Shown: piece after piece, positions 55,246-64,000 of the stretch
Layout of the letters: each line of letters starts with the position of its first letter
Numbering within the stretch: the stretch's first letter is position 1
Origin: Octopus vulgaris
Lineage: Eukaryota
Direction of reading: 5' to 3'
NCBI GenBank assembly: GCA_951406725.2
Contig: OX597816.1
Location: 121,210,001-121,274,000 of the forward strand
DNA: 64,000 nt
Position numbers and translations under genes: made by a program
Notes under the pieces: generated by a model
The model's input: the letters and a program-made list of their open reading frames with translations, nothing else
Database searches by the model: none
What the model was told of the DNA's origin: nothing

Positions 55246-56167
55246 TATAAATTGGTTCTACTTCAACAATACTCAAAATATTTTAACAATTTTTAAAATA
55301 CAATTCCAAAGAATATTTAGTTATAAAAGTGTAACCGGATTTTTAAATCAGCGAATGGCTATGTGGATCCACCAGAATAAAATAGGAATCAAAAAGGGCT
55401 CATCGACAATAAAACGGTTTAGAATCACTGATATAAATGGTAAGGTGATGGTGGTAGTAGCAAGGGTTAGTTGCTGAATGGTGCAGTTCCCTCTGGCTTA
55501 CATTATCCAATGTGTTCTGGTAGGATCCAATTTGATATAGATTTGGCAGCTATTTCTAATAAATATTTTGAGTAATTTTTGTTGTTATTGCTCAGCCTCA
55601 GCCTCAGAATAACCTTAATTAAACAGACTTATAATGAAAGACATGAGATTCCCGTAATTTTTTTGAGAGGTCACTTAAATTATAAATAATAAATCGACCC
55701 CAGTGTTTATTCTTAAGTTTGATATTTATTCTAAATTACGACGACGTAGGCAAACCAATATCGGTTGTTAGATGGTGATGGGGAAACACAAACACTCACA
55801 CATATACCAGACGGGCTTCCTTACAGTTTCCATGTATCAAAGGTATTCATAAAGCATTGATTGATCCGGAGCTGTAACGGAAAAGACTCACATAAAGCGT
55901 CACGCAGTGGGACTATCATCATCCATGATCATTTAATTTTCGAAGTCTATGAGATAAGTAGAAGGATGGAAGGATATTATCAATAAACTGAAGACTTTAT
56001 TCGAAAATGTGCAGTAGAGTGAAACCCGCTTAAGTCATTCAAGGGCAGTAGATGGTGTTCAACCGGGCAACACATTAAGTATGTTGTTTAGCCGTCGGTC
56101 AATCCTAATCGTGCTGGCTTAAGAAACAAAACTATTCCAGCATCGATTTTCAGACAACTGTTTATGA

Positions 56168-56522
56168 TAATCCTTTCTACTATAGGCACAAGGCCTGAAT
56201 TTCGGGGAAAGGGAACGAGTTGATTACATCGACCCTAGTGTGTAACTGGTACTGGATCTAGTTTTTTTTTTTCATTCGAAAAATATACATTTTTTAAAAG
56301 GAAGTGAAAAAATCTGAAAATCGGCTATAGTAAATGTAGTCTTCCAGTCTCATTGAAATGGAGATATGATGTTGTGGAGAAAAAAAAAACTGGAGGAAAA
56401 AGTACTTAGTTTATCGACCTCGAAATGCAAAGTCGACCGCAGCGGCATTTGAACTCAGAACATGAAGACAGACGAAATACCGCTAATTACTTCGTCCGGC
56501 ATGCTAACGATTCTGCCGCCTT
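56168..56522 (-). mobile_element. SINE family B split by a ~145-bp insertion
   Basis: Homology resumes at about 56400 after an unrelated segment that begins after GGTACT at 56253. Confidence 0.7.
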
Positions 56523-56878
56523 AAAGTGTTTATGACAATGGTGGTGTGAGGACACTGCTATTAAGGTTTGTGATAATATAAGTCTGATGTTGTTACTGTT
56601 TAGTCGGGCCAGTTAAAGAAGAAAAAAAAAACTATAATCAAAAGCGTTCTATCCGTAACCATCCAGTCTTATTTTTCAGTTACAACGTGTTTAGGATTAC
56701 ATTATTCAATACATTATCCCATTTTTTTTAAGTAGTAAGATTCTGATTTGAATGAAATTAGACTTCTATATCTAGCCTGTCGGAAGGCCGCTTATAGGTT
56801 CTCTTGTTGGTACGAAGTTATTTTTGTCACTGGATGTAGTCGTGTGAATTTTACTACTACTACTACTACTACTACTAG

Positions 56879-57288
56879 GTGCAGGAGTGACTGACCACAT
56901 GGTTTCGGGTTCAGTCTCATTGCGGGCCGACCAAGGCCTTGCGAACGGACTTCGTCGATGGAAACTGAAAGAAACCCTTCGTGTATATATATATATATAT
57001 ATATACATACATACAAGCATATATATGTGTGTGTGTGTGTGCGTGTGTATTTGTATGTGTCTGTGTGTGTTTATCTATGTTGTACGTCTTTGTGTCTGTG
57101 TTTATCCGCCCCTCCCTCATCACCCCGCTTTGTGACTGGTGTTGGTGTGTTTACGTCGCCGTAACTTAGCAATGTAGCAAAACCGATCGATAGAATAAGT
57201 ACTAGGCCTTTCAAAAAAGTCCTAGGGTCATTTGTTCAAGGATATGCTCCAGTATGGCTACAGACAAATGACTGAAACAAATAAAAGA
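56879..57288 (+). mobile_element. SINE family A (diverged)
   Basis: Head, body and tail are recognisable. Confidence 0.8.
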
Positions 57289-57319
57289 TTACTACAACTT
57301 CTACTACTACTGCTACTAC

Positions 57320-57365
<46 letters not shown>

Positions 57366-57661
57366 TAGTAGTAGTAGTACACTTGATAAGATGGTGGTGG
57401 TAGAGATGGTGTTGTAGGTTTTCAGTAGTAATGATGATTGCGGAGAATAGTGGGTGGTGATGAATACTCGGATTGTTTTTTTTCCTTCTCTCACTGTTAA
57501 CTCATTCCCACCAAATTCATTTACCATTTCTTCTTCTTCTTCTTCTTCTTCTTCTTCTTCTTCTTCTTCTTCTTCTTCTTCTTCATCGTCGCCGTCGTCA
57601 TCATCACCATCACTAGCACTACACCACAACTACCACCACGACCACGACGACGACGACCACC

Positions 57662-57693
<32 letters not shown>

Positions 57694-59257
57694 CAGCAGC
57701 AGCAACAACAGCAGCAGCAACAAAAACTGCTGCTACTACTACTACAACTACTACTACAACTACTACTGCTAATTCGTCTTATGTCTTTTCTTCTTTCTTT
57801 TTGTGTTCCTTTCGTTTTCTTTTTCCATTTCCAACTTAACCCACTCCACCATCATCACATCAACAACAACAACAGCATCAGCAACAACAAAAACGATGGC
57901 ATATATCATTACTATTACAACAACAACAATACTAACACCATCATTTCTAGTCTTTCTACTGCAGCCATTTTCTTCCCCTTCCCTTTTGGGTCGAGCAACA
58001 AGTTCGTTTATTTATTCCTGTTACATCTCTTTTTGTTTTTTGATAATTTCCCACCACCCTTCTTTTTTGTTTCCTCCTTTCCCCCTTCACACATCCAACT
58101 GGTTTGCTTCTTCTCACATTCCTCCTTCTCCTCTCCCTCTTCTTTGGAAATCATTATTTCCCAAACACTCTCTCCCTCCTCTCTCTCTCTCGCTCTGTCT
58201 GTTTCCCCACCGTCACAATTTTACTTACAGTCCTCCCCTTCCTCTTGCTACATCTCTCTGCTTATTATTTACCTTCTTACACATTTCCGTCTTTCTTTTC
58301 CCCCTCTCTATTCATCCTCACTCTGCCTACTACTTACTTATCTTACACACCAACTCAAAACTTTTTCTTACATACTCCCTCTCTTCCTTCTTCTCTCGCT
58401 TTCCTTCCCACCGTAATCTCCTCCTCCTCATCCACCTTCTACTCCTACTCCTATTTCATCGTATTTCCTTGTCTTATCTTTTATTATTATTATTATTTTC
58501 CTCCTTTTACTTTTTCTCATTTCTACGCATTCTCCGCTTCCTCCTACCTCAACAAACTCCTGTTGTTCTCATTCTCCCCTCCCTGTCTCATTTCTTTCCT
58601 AAACTCCACCTTTTTTTCTTAACATTCACCTTGACGCTCAACAAAACCCAACACTCCCCAGTCAATTACCTCAATAAACTCTACCAAACACCTCGGTTGC
58701 TAACACAGCCCTACAGTTATTTCTTGCAAATTCCCTGTATTACAAAGTCAGTCTTATGTATTGTATTTTATCGTCTGCAAGCGGTTGCTACAGCCGTTGT
58801 TGTTGCTACTGTTTAGCCCTAGGAAATCCTTCATTGAAAAGACCCATGATCAGCCGCGACCATTTTGTCTTTATTGCACTCAATATCTACCTAGAATCTC
58901 ATTAACGAATGTAACTTTTTCTAGGACTACAGGGTATAAGTTTTAGAGATTTGGTTGCTATTTCTAGCAGACTGAACAGTTATGTTGAGGTTAATATCTT
59001 CTCGTTGGCTTGTACGGAATATAAAACAATAGTATTTTTCTTATATGAAAACAACGACGATGAAAGAGCTTAAAACTTCTGGGCATATGTTAATAACATT
59101 TAATATACTTTATGTAGATTGGAATCAAATTGATTATACAGTATCACTTTCTCACGAAAACACTTGGGCAGTTGTATCAGCGTAAAAAATGAATAGACAA
59201 GAAGTTAGAGGAAAATAGATACTAAAAAGGAGGGAAGGTTGTAAGATATCTACCTAC

Positions 59258-59293
<36 letters not shown>

Positions 59294-59304
59294 GTCTGTG
59301 TGTA

Positions 59305-59418
<114 letters not shown>

Positions 59419-59819
59419 CGCGCGCATGTGTGTCTTTGTATATGTGTTTGTCTCCCTATCATTTTGACAACCCGTGTTGGCTTGTTTACATACACGTAAC
59501 TTATCTGTTCGGCAAAAGAGAAAGATAAAATTATTACCAAAGCTTAAAAAAGAGTAGTGGGGTTTATTTGTTCGGCTAAACCCTTCACGGCAGTTCCCCA
59601 GCATGGCCACAGTCCAATGACTGAAAGAAATAAAGGCTAAGAGTTATGTATATAATCGGAGTGATCTTACATTTTTATTTTTTATTTCATCTAGTTTCAG
59701 CTCACGAGCTGTGGCCACGCTGGGGCACTGCCATTTATAATAATAATAATATTTATTTCTTTATTGCCCACAGTGGGCTAAACATAGAGGGACAAACAAG
59801 GACAGACAGAGTGATTAAA

Positions 59820-59975
59820 TCGATTACATCGACCCCAGTGCGTAACTAGTACTTATTTAATCGACCCCGAAAGGATGAAAGGCAAAGTTGACTTCGGCGG
59901 AATTTAAACTCAGAACGTAACGGCAGACGAAATACTGCTAAGCATTCCGTCCGCCGTACTAACGATTCTGCCAAT
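59820..59975 (-). mobile_element. SINE family B with a variant tail (59760-59820)
   Basis: TACTTATTTAATCGACCCCGAAAGGATGAAAGGCAAAG core, reverse complement of family B. Confidence 0.8.
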
Positions 59976-60410
59976 TGTTCAGACTGACCATTTCCAACAT
60001 GTCCATTCCCATCAGTACCGATACGAAGCGTGAGCCGACGAATCTCTGAAGTCCTGAAAATAACGTTTCGCAACTTATTTTTCAGTTAACCAATTATATA
60101 TACTAACCAAGTTAAGCATACAGAACCAGATTCAGTTCGATTAATAGTATAATAATTTTTTTAGAAATTGATTTCATAAGCAAATTTGGGCTTAAAATTT
60201 TTGGTACAAGGCCAGAATTTTTATTAAATTTTGATTCATATCAATGAAACAGATGAATGAAAGCTTCTCAAAAGTTTTTGCAGATTAATTTTATCATATA
60301 TGGAGAAGAAATGTTAAGAAAATTTAAAGGTGAAAATGCATTTGGTTTTGTAACTATACATTAGTGTGTGTATGCGAGAGTATAATATACAAATATATAT
60401 ATATACACAC

Positions 60411-60573
60411 AGATAAGGAAATAATTTTTTTCTCAAACGCAGGATAATGTTAATAATATAGCATGAACAGGATAAACTATCCATATTTTTCTGAAAAATA
60501 TGGATAATTTATCCTGTTCATGCTATATTATTAGCATCATCCTGCGTTTGAGAGCAAAATTATTTCCTTATCT
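60411..60573. repeat. 81-bp-arm palindrome with 1-nt centre
   Basis: Symmetric about 60492, five mismatches counted, no indels. Confidence 0.93.
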
Positions 60574-60648
60574 CTATCTCAACGCTGCTAAAAGAAAACT
60601 TTGTTGACTTTCAACCTAAGTTGAATTTAATGTGTGTGTGTGTGTATT

Positions 60649-60766
<118 letters not shown>

Positions 60767-60777
60767 CATATATATGT

Positions 60778-60824
<47 letters not shown>

Positions 60825-61047
60825 TATACATACACACACACACGTACATATATATGCACATATATATAGAGATATAGATGTAGATGTACGCGCAAATACA
60901 AATATTTGTATCAATGTATGATGTATGTATGTATGCATGTTTGTAATGATACTTCTGTCTAATCTCTCAACTCACCAATCTATCTATAGATCTATCTCTG
61001 TCTCTGACAATTTGTTTGTTTGTCTGCCTGTCTCTCTGTCTGCCTGC

Positions 61048-61123
<76 letters not shown>

Positions 61124-61436
61124 TAAACTTCTACGTCTATGTTCTATCTATCTGTCTATCCATATGTACGTCTGTCGCTATATGAAGACAACGAAGCACT
61201 TCAAATGGTTGTGAAAGTTAACAGTTATGCCAGGGAAATGATATACTATATTTAGAGTGGTAAGCTATTCTCTCTAACGTCAGCATTAGGGTAGGTAATA
61301 CTAGCCTACAGGTTGGACTTGCTAGTCTTTATAATCTGTTCGCTGGCGACTAAATGCTAACACTTATTGTCACGCATGCGCGTACAATGTTCACTAAATA
61401 ACGTACTCGCGAATCGCACGTTTGTATTCTATTATA

Positions 61437-62122
61437 CTTTTGTTTCAGTTATTTGACTATGGCCATGCTGTAGCACCACCCTGACGGGTGTTAGTCGAGC
61501 AAATTGACTTATTTTTAAGACTTAGAACATATTCTATTTGCCTCTTTTTGCTGCACCACTAAGTTACGCAGATGTAAGCACACCAACACCGGTTGTCAAG
61601 CGGTGACGGCGTGACAAACACAGACACATGCATACATACATACATACATACATACATACATACATACATACATACATACATACATACATACATACATACA
61701 AACGCAGGAGTGGCTGTGTGGTAAGAAGCTTGCTTCCCAACCACATTGTTTCGAGTTCACTCCAACTGCATCGGGCCGACTAAAGCCTTGTGAGAAACTA
61801 AGTAGCCCGTCGTATGTATGTATGTATGTATGTATGTATGTATGTATGTATGTATGTATGTATGTATGTATGTATGTATGTATGTATGTATGTATGTGTG
61901 TGTGTGTATGGTTGTATGTATTTGTGTGTCTGTGCTTGTCCACCCACCATCGCTTGACAACCGATGTTGGTGTGTTTACGCCCCCGTAACTTAGCGGTTC
62001 GGCAAAAGAAACCGATAAAATAAGTACTAGGCTTACAAAGAATAAGCCCTGGAGTCGATTTGTTCGACTAAAGACGGTTCTCCAGCATGGTCGCAGTCAA
62101 ATGACTAAAACAGATAAAAGAA
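61437..62122. mobile_element. Two SINE family A copies in opposite orientation (61437-61626 minus, 3' half; 61702-62122 plus)
   Basis: Homology to the other copies. Confidence 0.8.
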
Positions 62123-62151
62123 TCTATCTATCTATCTGTCTATCAATCTAA

Positions 62152-62234
<83 letters not shown>

Positions 62235-62258
62235 CTCTTTGTATTTTCATGTTTGGAT

Positions 62259-62315
<57 letters not shown>

Positions 62316-62435
62316 TAATCGTATATAGGGTATGTTTTTTAAATTTTCTCCTGGTTTACTGAATTAACTTTTATTTGCGGTTAGCTTTGGCTGTTATTTC
62401 TAGTGGGTGAATTATTATGGCCGTTCCTTTATTGT

Positions 62436-62467
<32 letters not shown>

Positions 62468-62472
<5 letters not shown>

Positions 62473-62670
62473 ATCCAAACATGAAAATACAAAGAGAAAA
62501 CACAACAACGCGACGACGTGGAACAAGTATAGTGTTATTGGACGCTCTGGAAAGGAAAGAAAGAAGGAGGATTTAACGTTTCAAGCGGAGCTCTTCATCA
62601 GAAACATAAGAAAAGGAAAGATCCAAGGAAAGGAAGACGGAGGAAAAAATCGCCAATGCTACACACGCGG
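62468..62670 (-). mobile_element. About 200-bp hammerhead-bearing repeat, copy 3 (motif at 62572-62604)
   Basis: Homologous to copies 1 and 2; CTGATGA core variant; (TA)n on both sides. Confidence 0.82.
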
Positions 62671-63429
62671 TATATATATATATATATATATAATATTTTC
62701 AAATGAGTTCCTTGCGGTTTATTTGAAACAAAAAAATTCCTAAACCTTTCAACAGCAACCTTTCTCGACTTTCATCTCACCTTAGTCTCATCTTAAGAAT
62801 GAAGTAATATTGAAGTATGCTGGTAACTTTTGATAGCATTTAAAGTCAATGTGATTGGTGTTTATATTATAGCAGGAAGTTGAATTTTGACAGTAAGATT
62901 TACTTGACATCACTCGGAATTTTATTATTGTCTGTGACTAGTGTAGAGGTAGATGTTTCCTCCATTTTTAATTTAACATTGTGCTATGTTATTAGCATTG
63001 TTTCCATCGTTATTCATCTATTTTTGAGAAGAATTCTGTGGAGTATAGAGGTATTGTTCACTAATGTTTTCCTATCCAATTTAATTTTGCATTGTGTGAT
63101 GTAGTGCATTGCAAGTAGCACCTACTGCACGAGCATGGTGAGCTGGTGTATAAGGGTCGTAATTGTCGGACTAATATAACTGTTGAAGTCGTGAAGTTTA
63201 TAACTTTCACATTATTACTAGCTTTTCCGTAGATTTACATGTTTGTGGTTTGTTATGAATAAGAAAGTTTCTATCGGCCAATCACACCTGTTTTACAACA
63301 AGTGTGATTAGCAAATGAGTGTATAGGAGTGACGCGGGTTTTTGAGGCCAACAACGAAAAAGAAAAATTGAAAACCTTGAAATTTTTTAACTTAACTGTT
63401 TTATGCCACCTCATTTTCACGATAATTCA

Positions 63430-63503
63430 GCGTCCCTTCGCGGTCCCCTTAAAATCGCTTCGCGGTCTCCTAGGGGACCGCTAACCACAGTTTGAGAACT
63501 ACT
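63430..63503. mobile_element. hAT/Charlie-like terminus
   Basis: GGGGACCGC..CAGTTTGAGAACTACTG resembles a CAGTGGTTCTCAAAC-type TIR; no matching left end was found. Confidence 0.45.
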
Positions 63504-64000
63504 GGCCTACACCTATCATATTGCCACTACCGGCTATTAAGAAGAAGCACATCACGAAGGAAGGCAGTGTCCATGACCAGTTACAGGGCTGCCTGGTAGG
63601 ATGGAAGGAAGAAGGTATCCTTAACTCGCAAACTTGACTCGAATGCTTGCGTTAGATGGATTCTGCTTAAGACACGTAAGGTGCCAGATGTTGATGTTAA
63701 GCCTGGTGATGAGTTAAATCAACCAACCTGTGCAATTTCAGAATTTGAGCTCAGAACGGAAATAGCTGGGATATATACTGCAAAGCAACCAGTCCAACGT
63801 GATTACAATTCCGCCATTCCACTGTCTTAAACTAACCTTTTCTTTTATCGACAAGGAGGAAAGACAAAAACTTTACATTGGCAAGATTTTAATTCAGAGC
63901 GGAGACAGTCAAAACAAACAACGCGAAGTAAACTGTCTAACACTCTTATCAAGAAACATAGAAAAGTATCAATATCACAAAACGTACGAAGGGGTGCAGA

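Noticed and set aside
57454-58816. 320-aa and 337-aa ORFs with poly-S/H/Q/L runs
   Set aside because: They are trinucleotide microsatellites plus a C/T-rich strand that is naturally poor in stops. Three overlapping frames are open and no domain is recognisable.

Overview
AT-rich, microsatellite-saturated eukaryotic DNA with no host protein-coding gene that I can support. The SINE families and repeat landscape look like an Octopus/cephalopod intergenic or intronic region (inference). Nearly all long ORFs are either microsatellite translations or retroelement fragments. Supported content: (1) about 11 5'-truncated fragments of several R4/Dong-type non-LTR retrotransposon families (CCHC finger plus PD-(D/E)xK restriction-like endonuclease), the best-preserved ones sitting in (TAA)n arrays; (2) one full-length decayed Tc1-type transposon with 30-bp TIRs and a TA target duplication, three mariner-derived MITEs and a probable hAT-type element; (3) many copies of at least three tRNA-headed SINE families; (4) a Penelope-like GIY-YIG fragment. 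The most striking signal is seven type I hammerhead-ribozyme motifs with intact cores (CTGANGA...GAAA-palindrome-GTH), from about five unrelated short repeat families, plus several decayed ones. They mostly abut (TA)n arrays and often lie in or near fold-back inverted repeats. Coordinates of degenerate elements are approximate, read by eye.
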